Below are positions 1 through 9,225 of a stretch of 64,000 nucleotides of DNA, piece by piece. This DNA is from Candidatus Latescibacterota bacterium (lineage in GTDB: Bacteria > Latescibacterota > UBA2968 > UBA8231): the NCBI GenBank assembly GCA_965243025.1, contig CBDETY010000003.1, positions 5,824,001 to 5,888,000 on the forward strand. The letters are read 5' to 3'. The notes under the pieces are model-generated. The model was not told the DNA's origin. It did not search any database and saw nothing but the letters and a program-made list of their open reading frames with translations. The translations under genes were made by a program, and so were the position numbers. Each line of letters begins with the position of its first letter. Position 1 is the stretch's first letter.

Positions 1-1
1 C

Positions 2-394
2 CCCGCAAACGGGAGCGGACAACCCCTCAACACGATCATCGGAAGCGGTACCCTGTTCGAGGGGACCATGAAGGTGGACAACAGCGTCCGCGTCGACGGC
101 ACCTTCAAGGGGGAACTATCCTGTTCCGGAGCCCTTACCATCAGCCAGTCGGGGGAAGCGTACGCCCAGATCGAAGGGGTGGAGGTCTACATCAACGGCA
201 TAGTCAAGGGCACGATACGCGCCGAAAAGGTCCGCCTCGACAGCCAGGCGCGTTTCGTTGGCGAGGTCCATACCAGTTCCCTGTCGGTTTCCGAGGGAGC
301 CGTCTTCCACGGCAACTGCGTCATGGAGACGACCGACGAGGTCGAAGAGACCGAAGATCAGGAGCCGGCAAAGCTGCTGCCGATGGAAGGGTAG
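2..394 (+). CDS. Bactofilin / polymer-forming cytoskeletal protein (5' end beyond window)
   Basis: Frame is open from the window edge: LNTIIGSGTLFEGTMKVDNSVRVDGTFKGEL...SLSVSEGAVFHGNCVM, the beta-helical bactofilin (DUF583/CcmA) pattern. Confidence 0.9.
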   Translation, partial: PANGSGQPLNTIIGSGTLFEGTMKVDNSVRVDGTFKGELSCSGALTISQSGEAYAQIEGVEVYINGIVKGTIRAEKVRLDSQARFVGEVHTSSLSVSEGAVFHGNCVMETTDEVEETEDQEPAKLLPMEG

Positions 395-483
395 TTACTT
401 CCGGGACGCAGCAGTCTCGAACAGACCCGGGAACGGTCCGTCCGCAAGGAGAACCCCGGTTCCGGCGGTCGGCGGCGCTCCAC

Positions 484-1473
484 CTACCTGCGAACAGCGT
501 AAAACCTGAGGTCGGGGTATACGCGGATCGCCGGGGCCGGCAGGTGGATCCAGTTGAGCTGGGATTTCAGCGATTTCCACCAGGCCGCCTCCCCGGGCAG
601 ATCACGGAGATCGAAGTCGAAGGCGATCAGGATTTCCGGTTGCCCGTCGGGGAGGTTCCGGAACCCCCTGAATGGCCCCTTGCTCTTTACGTTGCTCCCG
701 TGCAGACCCGTACCGCTGTATCCCAGTGCCAGTCCGAGGAAGTCAGGCCAGATGCGGGCCTCCCGGTCCGGAAGAAACTCCTCGACTGCCACCGTCATCC
801 AGAAGGTCATGCCCTGGTAGTCGTCGATCAGGTGATCGGTGTGGGGCTGCTGCGCTCTGGAGCGCTGAACCCGCTCGAGATACAGGGGCGACGGCCAGTA
901 GCTGAACTTGAAGCCGAAGGCGCGGCTGGGTGGACAGGCGGCGTAAACAAGCGGCACCGTCGCTCCCAGGGTGTTGAAGAAGAAATCCGGAATGCTGAAA
1001 CCCCAGTGCACGAAGTAGGCGTCTCGCATTTCGATTTCGAACAGCGCCCCCCAGCTCGTGAGAGTTCCCAGAGCGGTAGATGTCCCGGTGTCGAACCCCG
1101 CCCAGGAATAGGCATTCGAAAACAGGCTCGACAGAAAAAGGCCGCCCATGAAGTGGCCGCCCTTGTCGAGATTCAGGTAGGTGTCGCCAGCCCAGTCGTT
1201 GAGCCAACGGATCGAGTCGCGCTTCTCCCCCTGGTACCAGGTGCGGTCGAAATAGCGGAACCCCAGATAGTGGACGGCGGCGCCGGCGCCGCACAGGGCC
1301 AGCACTCGTTCGAGGCGGACGCCGGGGATTTCGGCGGATTCCTGATCCTGGCTCGTGTAACGGGGGGAAATCGCATCGCTCCGGCCGGCTTCGGATGCGC
1401 CGGGGCAGATGACGGCGACTGCAAGAAACAGGGCCGGAGAACACCGCAGGCAGGCCGTCAGCTTGTATCGCAA
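484..1473 (-). CDS. DUF2279 (YfiM-like) domain protein, likely exported
   Basis: Signal-like N-terminus; motifs WY...DKGGH, IEMRDAY..WGFS.PD, FKFSY, LIDDYQGMTFW and a C-terminal W.HLPAP. Confidence 0.7.
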   Translation of the reverse strand: MRYKLTACLRCSPALFLAVAVICPGASEAGRSDAISPRYTSQDQESAEIPGVRLERVLALCGAGAAVHYLGFRYFDRTWYQGEKRDSIRWLNDWAGDTYLNLDKGGHFMGGLFLSSLFSNAYSWAGFDTGTSTALGTLTSWGALFEIEMRDAYFVHWGFSIPDFFFNTLGATVPLVYAACPPSRAFGFKFSYWPSPLYLERVQRSRAQQPHTDHLIDDYQGMTFWMTVAVEEFLPDREARIWPDFLGLALGYSGTGLHGSNVKSKGPFRGFRNLPDGQPEILIAFDFDLRDLPGEAAWWKSLKSQLNWIHLPAPAIRVYPDLRFYAVRR

Positions 1474-1579
1474 TCCAGGGAACCGGTTTACCTTAAATGG
1501 GGTTTCAAGTAGTTGTAGTTTAATGTATTAAGGGACAACGGCAATCGAAAACGCCGCCGACAGACCGGCAGCCGGTTAG

Positions 1580-3370
1580 ATGGCCGGCAGCGATGGCATC
1601 AGTTCCGCCGGTGCCCGGCAGCGGGACCGGGGGCCGGGAACCCGCCCGTCGGTCCGCAGACGCCGCCCCGGCAGCCGGATCGATTTCCCGCCGGGGGCGC
1701 CTGCAGGTCCGCAGACGGGCCGGCGCTCTCGAGTGCGCCGATGGCTCTCGAGGATCGTCTCTTCATGGGGGCCGTCACCGACCTTCCGCATCTTTCTCTT
1801 TCTCGGCGGTATCATCGCCACCATGGGGTTTTTCCTGTACAACGAGTACGTGATCGACCAACTCAGGAGGCAGGAGAGAAACAGGGCAGCCCTCTACGCC
1901 AACCTCTACGGTCTGGCCTCGTCCCACCATCTCCACGAGGACTTCTCCGAACAGATCTGGAAAACTGTAATCTTCAACCCGGAAATCGACTTCCCGATAA
2001 TCGTCACCGACCACCGGGAGGAGGTCGTGCTGGTTAAAGGAAAGGGCCTTCCCGCCGCAGGCGACACGTCCGCAGCTGCTGCCGCCCGCCTTCGGCGGAT
2101 CCTCGAGCGGATGGACGCCCGCCATAAACCGGTGCGTTTTTTCGAGTCGCCCCTTGCCCGGGGACTTGTCTACTTCGACGGCGCCGACCTCGTGCTCACC
2201 GACCTGTCGGGCCGGGTCGTCACCTGGGCGGGCCCGGGTCTTACCGCTGCGGGTGATTCGACAGGGGCGGCAATTTCAAAGGCGGCGGCGGTGCTGCGGG
2301 TTCTTCGCACCGGGGTTGCTCCAGACTCGGTGGCAGTCGCCGCAGACCGCCGCAGCAGTCTGTATCTGGACGGGGACCGCTTCCTCGTCGTCGATTCCTC
2401 CGGGAAGGTCGCGGCCTGGGGCGGCAGCCGGCTGCCCGAGGGTCGTTCTCCCGCTGCCCTGGAGGAAGTACAGCGGGCGCTGAAAACCTGGCCAACCGGG
2501 CGGCCGCCGGTTTCGTTCCGAATCCCAACGGAAAAGTTCATCCACTTCGGCCAGTCCGACATGATCGGGCAGATTTCCCTCGCTCCCCTGGTTTCACTGG
2601 CAGTCCTGGCGGTCTTCGGCCTTATCGGCTACATCGGTTTTCGCAACATCCGCCGCGGCGAGCAGCGCTCGATCTGGGTCGGTATGGCCAAGGAGACGGC
2701 GCACCAGCTCGGAACGCCGCTTTCCTCGCTGGCCGGGTGGCTGGAACTGATGGCGGGCAGTCGCGGAAAGGTGCCGGAGGAGAGGGATGCGATCGTGCGC
2801 GAGATGCAGAAGGATATGCGGCGCCTGAATCAGATCGCATCGCGATTCAGCCAGATCGGCTCGGTGCCGGAGCTGCCCCTGACCGACGTGGCCTCGGTGA
2901 TCGCGGAAACCATCGGCTATTTCAGCGGACGCGGCCCTCAGTTCGGGCGCCATGTCTTCGAAGTCGATATCGGCGATCTGCCTAGGGTTCCATTGAACGC
3001 GGAGCTGATGGGCTGGGCTTTCGAGAACCTGTTCAAGAATGCCATGGACGCCATAGGGGGGAAGGAAGGAACCATCGCCGTGCGCGCCAGGCTGCGCGAC
3101 CCGGAAACCGTGAGCATCACCGTCAGCGACAACGGGCGCGGCATTGACGCCGACAGCCTTGCCCGGGTTTTCCAGCCGGGATTCTCCACCCGCAAGCGGG
3201 GCTGGGGCCTGGGGCTGGCCTTCGTCAAGCGAATCGTGGAGGAGTATCACGGCGGACGCATCCAGATCGCTCACAGCGCTGCGGGCCGGGGGACCACCTT
3301 CGAGATAGAGCTGCCGGTCAGGGGCGAGGGAACCGACTCCGGAGAGGAGCCGGGCTCGAGAGGGAAGTGA
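1580..3370 (+). CDS. Membrane sensor histidine kinase
   Basis: Two TM segments; H-box IWVGMAKETAHQLGTP, N-box ENLFKNAMDA, G1 DNGRG, F/G2 FQPGFSTRKRGWGLGL. Confidence 0.93.
   Translation: MAGSDGISSAGARQRDRGPGTRPSVRRRRPGSRIDFPPGAPAGPQTGRRSRVRRWLSRIVSSWGPSPTFRIFLFLGGIIATMGFFLYNEYVIDQLRRQERNRAALYANLYGLASSHHLHEDFSEQIWKTVIFNPEIDFPIIVTDHREEVVLVKGKGLPAAGDTSAAAAARLRRILERMDARHKPVRFFESPLARGLVYFDGADLVLTDLSGRVVTWAGPGLTAAGDSTGAAISKAAAVLRVLRTGVAPDSVAVAADRRSSLYLDGDRFLVVDSSGKVAAWGGSRLPEGRSPAALEEVQRALKTWPTGRPPVSFRIPTEKFIHFGQSDMIGQISLAPLVSLAVLAVFGLIGYIGFRNIRRGEQRSIWVGMAKETAHQLGTPLSSLAGWLELMAGSRGKVPEERDAIVREMQKDMRRLNQIASRFSQIGSVPELPLTDVASVIAETIGYFSGRGPQFGRHVFEVDIGDLPRVPLNAELMGWAFENLFKNAMDAIGGKEGTIAVRARLRDPETVSITVSDNGRGIDADSLARVFQPGFSTRKRGWGLGLAFVKRIVEEYHGGRIQIAHSAAGRGTTFEIELPVRGEGTDSGEEPGSRGK
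1994..2520 (+). repeat. Three diverged ~64-aa repeats in the kinase periplasmic region
   Basis: PIIVTD (nt 1994), DLVLTD (2186) and RFLVVD (2378) are spaced exactly 192 nt apart; each is followed by a related V..[V/W].G..L...G..S/T..A motif. Confidence 0.75.
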
Positions 3371-4932
3371 TGGAGTCCAACCGGCGGAAGGTTCTATGGG
3401 CGGACGACGAGATCGACATGCTCCGCTCACACTGTCTGTTCCTGAAGGAGCGCGGCTACGAGGTAACCCCGGTCAGCAACGGGGAGGACGCCATCGCCCT
3501 GATGCGTCGCGAGCATTTCGACATAGTGCTTCTCGACGAAATGATGCCCGGTCTCGACGGCCTCGCTACCGTCGAGCAAGTGAAAAACCAGGATCCCAAC
3601 GTCCCGGTGATCATGATCACCAAGAGCGAGGAAGAGCGCCTGATGGACGAAGCCATCGGCCGCCGCCTCGACGATTACCTGACCAAGCCGGTCAACCCGA
3701 GCCAGATTTTCATGGCGTGCCGGAAAATCCTCGACTCCAGGCAGATTCGCCAGAACCAGGCTGGTCCGGCCTACGTATCCCAGGCCAATCAGATCCGCGA
3801 ATGGCTGTCGGGACCACAGACCTGGCATACCTGGATCGACATCCACCGTCTGTTGTGCGAGTGGGACATCGAGATCTCGCGGATCGGCGAACCCGGGCTG
3901 ATGCGGATGATCGAGGACCAGCGGCGGGAATGCAACCAGGAGTTCGCCCGTTTTGTCGAGCGGGAATATCCGACCTGGGTAAGGAGCGAGGGGGACTCTC
4001 CCCCGCTGTCCGTCGATGTCGTCTCCGAGAACGTCGCGCCGCATCTTCGGGCCGGGAAGCAGGTCTTCTTCATCGTAATCGATTGTCTGCGGCTCGATCA
4101 CTGGCTGACGGTGGAGCCGCTGATTTCGGAGTTTTTCAACGTACGGCGGTCGCACTACTACTCGATCCTGCCAACGGCGACGCCGTACGCCCGCAACGCC
4201 CTGTTCAGCGGTCTGTTTCCAGGCGAGATAGCGTCAAAGTACCAGAAGCTGTGGTCGGCCGGGAACGAAGACGAACGGAGCCTCAACCGTCACGAACACC
4301 GCTTCATAGACGACCTGATCGCCGCGGAGGGGATCGAGCTCGCCGGGTCCACGTGCTACTCCAAGATCCTGGAGGCAGGAGAGGGACGGGATACGGCTCG
4401 CAGGGTGGATTCGATGGCGCACTTCGCGCTGGTTGCCCTGGTCTACAACTTCCTCGACATGCTGGTACACGGCCGCTCCAGCTCGGAGATCCTGCGGGAA
4501 ATAGCACCTGACGAGAGCGCCTTTCGCTCGCTCGTGCAGTCGTGGTTCGAGCACTCGTCGCTCTTCGAGGTGCTCAAGAAGATTTCGCGAATGGACGCTG
4601 TCGTCGTCCTGACCACGGATCACGGAGCCGTGCGCGGCAGGCGGGCGACAGTGGTCCACGGCGACCGCCAGACATCGCCCAGCCTGCGCTACAAGCGGGG
4701 GCGGAACCTGCGCTGCGATTCCAAGGATGCCCTGCTCATTTCGGAACCGCTCGCGTACGGACTCCCCGAGGTCGGGCTGGGGGGCAACTACCTGATCGCA
4801 AAGGAAGATTTCTTCTTCGTGTACCCGAAGAATTTCCGGGAGTACCGGCGCCATCTCAGAGACAGCTTCCAGCACGGCGGCATCTCCCTGGAGGAGATGA
4901 TCCTTCCCATGGTCACCCTCGAGCCGCGATGA
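3367..4932 (+). CDS. porX: PorX-like response regulator (receiver + PglZ/alkaline-phosphatase-superfamily domain)
   Basis: Receiver WADDE...LLDEMMPG...YLTKP; PglZ motifs IVIDCLR.D, SILPTATPYARNA.F, TTDHG, FQHGGISLEEM. Overlaps the kinase stop codon. Confidence 0.85.
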   Translation: MMESNRRKVLWADDEIDMLRSHCLFLKERGYEVTPVSNGEDAIALMRREHFDIVLLDEMMPGLDGLATVEQVKNQDPNVPVIMITKSEEERLMDEAIGRRLDDYLTKPVNPSQIFMACRKILDSRQIRQNQAGPAYVSQANQIREWLSGPQTWHTWIDIHRLLCEWDIEISRIGEPGLMRMIEDQRRECNQEFARFVEREYPTWVRSEGDSPPLSVDVVSENVAPHLRAGKQVFFIVIDCLRLDHWLTVEPLISEFFNVRRSHYYSILPTATPYARNALFSGLFPGEIASKYQKLWSAGNEDERSLNRHEHRFIDDLIAAEGIELAGSTCYSKILEAGEGRDTARRVDSMAHFALVALVYNFLDMLVHGRSSSEILREIAPDESAFRSLVQSWFEHSSLFEVLKKISRMDAVVVLTTDHGAVRGRRATVVHGDRQTSPSLRYKRGRNLRCDSKDALLISEPLAYGLPEVGLGGNYLIAKEDFFFVYPKNFREYRRHLRDSFQHGGISLEEMILPMVTLEPR

Positions 4933-5429
4933 CGGGCGAGACCTCTGCGGGGGTACCCCTCTCCTGGCCGGAACCAGGCTTCACCGGCCGGCGCGCGACG
5001 ACCCGCTCGGCAGCGGAGACACAGGCACTCGGGGCCCGTTTCGCCGCCCTGCTGCGCCCCGGGGAGCTGGTGGCTCTTTCCGGAGAACTGGGAGCCGGCA
5101 AGACCTGCTTCATACAGGGTATCTGCAGCGGACTCGGTGTCGAAGAGACGGTGAACAGCCCGACATTCATACTGATGAACCAGTACTCCGGACGCCGCGA
5201 GGGCATTGCGATTTCCATCTACCACTTCGATTTTTACCGCCTCTCCGGCGCCGGGGAGCTCGACAGCTTCGGGGCGGACGAATTCTTCGACGGAGAGGGC
5301 ATATGCCTGGTAGAGTGGGCGGAGCGGGCGCCGGAGCGGCTCCCGCCGCGGCGCTGGCAGGTCGAAATGGAGTACGCCGGAACCGGGTCGCGGGCGCTGC
5401 GTTTCTGCAAGCTCGGCCCCGGCAGCTGA
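4929..5429 (+). CDS. tsaE: tRNA t6A biosynthesis ATPase TsaE
   Basis: GELGAGKT Walker A, SPTF, YHFDFYRL, LVEWAE; ATGA overlap with the porX stop (ATG at 4929). Confidence 0.93.
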   Translation: MTGETSAGVPLSWPEPGFTGRRATTRSAAETQALGARFAALLRPGELVALSGELGAGKTCFIQGICSGLGVEETVNSPTFILMNQYSGRREGIAISIYHFDFYRLSGAGELDSFGADEFFDGEGICLVEWAERAPERLPPRRWQVEMEYAGTGSRALRFCKLGPGS

Positions 5430-5446
5430 CCAGGAAGGGAAACGGA

Positions 5447-6241
5447 TTGCCGCACCAGACAGGAAGGACGATCAGCGGGGTCTTCACGGTATTGCTGCTT
5501 TGCGGGGGTGTCCGGGCGCAAGAGCCCGAACCGGTGAGGCTGGTCGACAGCCCGACCGCCGGACTGACCTCCAAGGGGCGCTTCGGCATAGACACGCGGC
5601 TGTTCTCGAACGGCGGCGTAACCGGCGAGGTGAACGCCGGGATCCTGAAGCGCATCGCGATCGGCCTTTCCTTCGGCGGCACCGGGATCATCGGCGACGA
5701 CGAGGTCTCCTGGTATCCCCGGGTAGAGGCTGCGGCCCGCTACCGCGTGATCGAGGAGAGCTCGGCGATGCCGGGGGTGGCGATCGGATACGAAACCCAG
5801 GGGTACGGGGCCTACGAAGAGAAACGCTACCAGATAAAGTCCAAGGGCCTGTTCGCGGCGTTCAGCAAGAACTACGCCTCCGCCCTCGGCCAGTTCGGCC
5901 TTCATGCCGGAATCAACCTGACCCGGGAGGACGAGGACGACGGGGATCTTTCCGGGTGGCTGGGCGTCGACAAGAGCATCGGAAGACAGCTGTCGATAGT
6001 CGGGGAGTACGACCTGGCCCTCAACGACAACGAAGACGACTCGCTGGGCTCGGGAAAGGGCTACCTCAACCTCGGGGCCTACTGGTCGGCGGTGCCGAAC
6101 ATCGGCATCGGAGTCCTGCTGAAGAACGTCCTGAGGAATCGGGAAGATCCGAAAACAGGAGTCCCGATCCTCGAACAGCAGCTGTCGGCCGATCCCGACG
6201 TCAGCCGGGAGATATCCATTCGCTATACCGAGGAGTTCTGA
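5447..6241 (+). CDS. Putative outer-membrane beta-barrel protein (YjbH-like)
   Basis: TTG start after an AGGAAGG RBS; signal peptide; LVDSPTAG motif; amphipathic strands; C-terminal ISIRYTEEF. Confidence 0.6.
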   Translation: MPHQTGRTISGVFTVLLLCGGVRAQEPEPVRLVDSPTAGLTSKGRFGIDTRLFSNGGVTGEVNAGILKRIAIGLSFGGTGIIGDDEVSWYPRVEAAARYRVIEESSAMPGVAIGYETQGYGAYEEKRYQIKSKGLFAAFSKNYASALGQFGLHAGINLTREDEDDGDLSGWLGVDKSIGRQLSIVGEYDLALNDNEDDSLGSGKGYLNLGAYWSAVPNIGIGVLLKNVLRNREDPKTGVPILEQQLSADPDVSREISIRYTEEF

Positions 6242-6242
6242 G

Positions 6243-7556
6243 ATGATGCGGAGATTCCGGGAGTCCGCAGTAGTGACCTCGCTGGCGCTGGCGATTCCGG
6301 CGTTTGCCCAGGAAGAGCGCGCCGTCGACCACTTCGCCGGGGTCGGGGTGCGGGCCATGGCGATGGGGGGAGCCTACTCGGGAGTGGCGGATGATTTCAC
6401 CGCGGTCTTCTGGAACCCGGCCGGACTGGTGCAGGTGCAGGAGCGGGAAGTCCATGTCGCCTTCCTGCGCAACGGGGTCACCAACGACTCCGAGCTGGAC
6501 GGCACCGCTTCGAGCTCCGAGCTCAGCAACACCCGCTTCGGTTCGCTCGGATTCGTCTATCCGTATCCCGTGTACAGGGGCAGCCTGGTGTTCGCCGCCG
6601 GTTTCAACCGCGTCAAGGATTTCGACTGGAGCCTGCGGGACCGGGGCTTCGTCGCCGCCGACAGCCTGTCGTTCGACAATTACTTCAGCCATGAAGGGGA
6701 GCTCGCCATGACCTCGGTGGCGGCCGCCGTCGACGTCTCGCCCTCGATCTCCCTCGGTGTCGCCGCGAGCCTGATTTCCGGGGAGGACGAGGCGGTCAAC
6801 GAATACGAATCGCTGGACAGCGAAGACTATTTCCTCGAAAAGAGGTTCACGGCGAGAGAGGTATTTGTCGACGACTACGAGACGACCTACCAGGTCACCC
6901 TTGGCGCCATGGTCCGGTCGCCGGTGGTGCGGTTCGGGGCGACGGTCGGAACCGGACCGACGCACGAGGTCAGCTACACATTCAAGGCGCCTCCCGACGC
7001 AGGCTGGAATTCGATCGAATACGACGACGGCTCGTTGGTGGAGACACCGAACGAGCAGATAAGGGATTCCTACGAGATCTCGTTGCCGCTCGAGTTCGGG
7101 GTCGGCGCGTCGCTGCGTCCGGTTTCCGGGTTGCTGTTCGCCGCCGGCGTCCACGTCGCCGAGTGGACGCAGACCGAGTACCGCGGAAAGGACGAAAGCG
7201 AGGTTCGCGCCAACACCTCCTTCGAGTCGCAGTACCGGGACGGAACCCGCTACCACTTCGGGATGGAATGGCAGGTGCCGGTGGTGGCCCTCGACCTGCG
7301 CGCGGGGTACTACACCGACCCCCTTCCCTTCGTCGGTCCGCGCGATCCGGGTCGTGAGGTCGACAGCGAGACCAATCCCCTCGTAATCGCCAGCCGGGAC
7401 CGAGCCTTCCTGACCCTGGGGGCCGGCCTGGAAATGGAGGAGGCCGTGGAGGTGAATCTCGCGTGGAACCGCGGAACCTTCGAGCGCCTGGAGCATCCCC
7501 TTAAGGAAGAGGTCACAGTGGACCGGGCATTCATAGGGTTGTCCTATCACTTCTGA
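6243..7556 (+). CDS. OmpP1/FadL/PorV-family outer-membrane barrel
   Basis: Signal peptide; N-terminal GVGVRAMAMGGAY.GVADD..A..WNPAGL motif; C-terminal beta-signal IGLSYHF. Confidence 0.8.
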   Translation: MMRRFRESAVVTSLALAIPAFAQEERAVDHFAGVGVRAMAMGGAYSGVADDFTAVFWNPAGLVQVQEREVHVAFLRNGVTNDSELDGTASSSELSNTRFGSLGFVYPYPVYRGSLVFAAGFNRVKDFDWSLRDRGFVAADSLSFDNYFSHEGELAMTSVAAAVDVSPSISLGVAASLISGEDEAVNEYESLDSEDYFLEKRFTAREVFVDDYETTYQVTLGAMVRSPVVRFGATVGTGPTHEVSYTFKAPPDAGWNSIEYDDGSLVETPNEQIRDSYEISLPLEFGVGASLRPVSGLLFAAGVHVAEWTQTEYRGKDESEVRANTSFESQYRDGTRYHFGMEWQVPVVALDLRAGYYTDPLPFVGPRDPGREVDSETNPLVIASRDRAFLTLGAGLEMEEAVEVNLAWNRGTFERLEHPLKEEVTVDRAFIGLSYHF

Positions 7557-7571
7557 CCCTCGGGGCGAGCC

Positions 7572-7600
7572 TTGGATCTGATCCATACCAGATGTATATT
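7572..7600 (+). promoter_or_regulatory. Putative sigma70-type promoter
   Basis: TTGGAT-17 nt-TATATT upstream of the CDS at 7676. Confidence 0.55.
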
Positions 7601-7675
7601 GAAGGCATGGCTGCTTGTGAAGGGTTTGTCCGGGAATGCGGAAAATAGTCACAACAGGCTGAAAAACAGGAGGTT

Positions 7676-8404
7676 GTGTCCATCATGAAAAAAGCGACGG
7701 TTATCGCGGTCACCGGCCTGGGGGTCGTCGCCCTGTCGTTGAGCGGATGTTACACGGTGCTGAAATCGCCGTACGCCGCCGATGATGCCAGGGACGATTC
7801 CCGCTACTCCCGATGGGAAGAGAAGAACTTCGACGACGACCCGTACGCACCTACCATCGGGCGATTCGACGACGGCGACCGGTGGGACAGCCCCTACGAC
7901 TACGGCCGCCAGGGTTTCCCGGTCTTCGGGTATCACTCACAGTACGGCGGCTACGGCATGGGGGGATTCGGCAACCCCTACGGTGGGTACGGGGGCTACA
8001 GGTCCCCTTACGGCTACGGTTATGACCCGTACTACGGCTACGGTCAGGGTCCGTACGGCTACGGCTACGACCCGTATTACCAGAATCCCGGCGGAGTCTA
8101 CGTACCTCCAGGGTACGAGCTGGTGACCACCTCGGAGCTCGAGCGGCTGAGGCGGGAAATCCAGACACTCAATACCACCCAGGATCGTCTGCCGACTGTC
8201 GATGAAGAGGCATTGCGGATGCAGAGGATCGAAACCGACAGACAGACCTGGCAGCGCCGAAACACACCTCGCGCTACCACGAAGTCGGCCCCCACGACCC
8301 GGCGGGAGACAACCGCCACATCTCCTGCTCCGGCCGCCAAGAAGAAGGGGTCGGAAAAATCTTCGGGTGAGTCGAGTGCCGGGAGCCGGAGGAGCCGCCG
8401 TTAG
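7676..8404 (+). CDS. Lipoprotein with Gly/Tyr-rich low-complexity region
   Basis: AGGAGG RBS; lipobox LSG-C; G/Y/P-rich middle with PYGYGYDPYY twice (8006-8035, 8051-8080); short coiled coil; basic disordered tail. Confidence 0.75.
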   Translation: MSIMKKATVIAVTGLGVVALSLSGCYTVLKSPYAADDARDDSRYSRWEEKNFDDDPYAPTIGRFDDGDRWDSPYDYGRQGFPVFGYHSQYGGYGMGGFGNPYGGYGGYRSPYGYGYDPYYGYGQGPYGYGYDPYYQNPGGVYVPPGYELVTTSELERLRREIQTLNTTQDRLPTVDEEALRMQRIETDRQTWQRRNTPRATTKSAPTTRRETTATSPAPAAKKKGSEKSSGESSAGSRRSRR

Positions 8405-8439
8405 CGCGGTTCAGCGGACGAAAACCAGGCGACACGAGA

Positions 8440-8477
8440 AAGGCGGATGACCCGTTTCGGGCCATCCGCCTTTTTTT
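8440..8477. terminator. Intrinsic terminator between convergent genes
   Basis: Stem AAGGCGGATG...CATCCGCCTT with an internal CCCG-TTT-CGGG hairpin, followed by a T-run. Confidence 0.8.
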
Positions 8478-8508
8478 GTCCGATACGGCACCTGCGGCTC
8501 GGCTCGGC

Positions 8509-9225
8509 TCATTCTCCGGAGAGGTCGAAGTGCCGGCCCTCCTGCGTCGGCGGAGGAGCCACGCGCCGCAGGAACTGCCTCAGCGGCGCCGCAAGGGCGG
8601 ACAGCAACTGACGCTCTCCGCCGTCCCCGCCGCCAAGCAGATTCACCTGCATCGGCTGCCAGTTGCTGCTGCGCTGGCGCTGCTGGGTCCAGGACTGGCC
8701 GGTCACCAGATTGATCAGGGTAAGTTCCAGATCGACCGAGATGTTCATGCCCGGCGTGTGCACCAGTCCGTAAGGACTCGGAGATACCGGAGTCATCTGC
8801 GCCTGGAAGCTTTCCAGGACGACATAGATAACCGCGCCGATCTCCAGCTCGTCTCTCAGGGCGGTGCGGTGCTCCTGGGCGGCAAGCCAGGTGGAGTCGA
8901 AGAACACCTCCTTGAAATGCCAGCGAATCTCGTCCTGGGTGATGACCCGGCTCTCCGGGAGGTTGCGCCCGATCGCCTTGGCGGTGGCATCGGTAAGGCG
9001 GCCCATCACCTTCTCTATATCAACCCCCCGAACCTCCTCGATGTTGGTTCCGGACAGGACGCCGATGGTCTCCACCTCTGCGAGGAGAGGGGAAAGCTCC
9101 GGGTCGGGAAGCGCGGGGGCCCGGAACTCGACCTGCTTGAACGAACCCCCCGAACGGCCCGCGCACGAGGCCAGACCGACGGCGAGGGCGGCGGCCGCCA
9201 GGGCGACACTAAAAGCTTTTGCCAA
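8509..9225 (-). CDS. Hypothetical lipoprotein (possibly CsgG/LpoB/TolB-N-like alpha/beta fold)
   Basis: Lipobox LAS-C; start overlaps the end of the Omp85 gene; fold is an inference from the secondary-structure pattern. Confidence 0.65.
   Translation of the reverse strand: MAKAFSVALAAAALAVGLASCAGRSGGSFKQVEFRAPALPDPELSPLLAEVETIGVLSGTNIEEVRGVDIEKVMGRLTDATAKAIGRNLPESRVITQDEIRWHFKEVFFDSTWLAAQEHRTALRDELEIGAVIYVVLESFQAQMTPVSPSPYGLVHTPGMNISVDLELTLINLVTGQSWTQQRQRSSNWQPMQVNLLGGGDGGERQLLSALAAPLRQFLRRVAPPPTQEGRHFDLSGE

Noticed and set aside
3367-4932. BREX phage-defence PglZ
   Set aside because: The PglZ domain is fused to a receiver (PorX type) and no brx/pglX genes are nearby.
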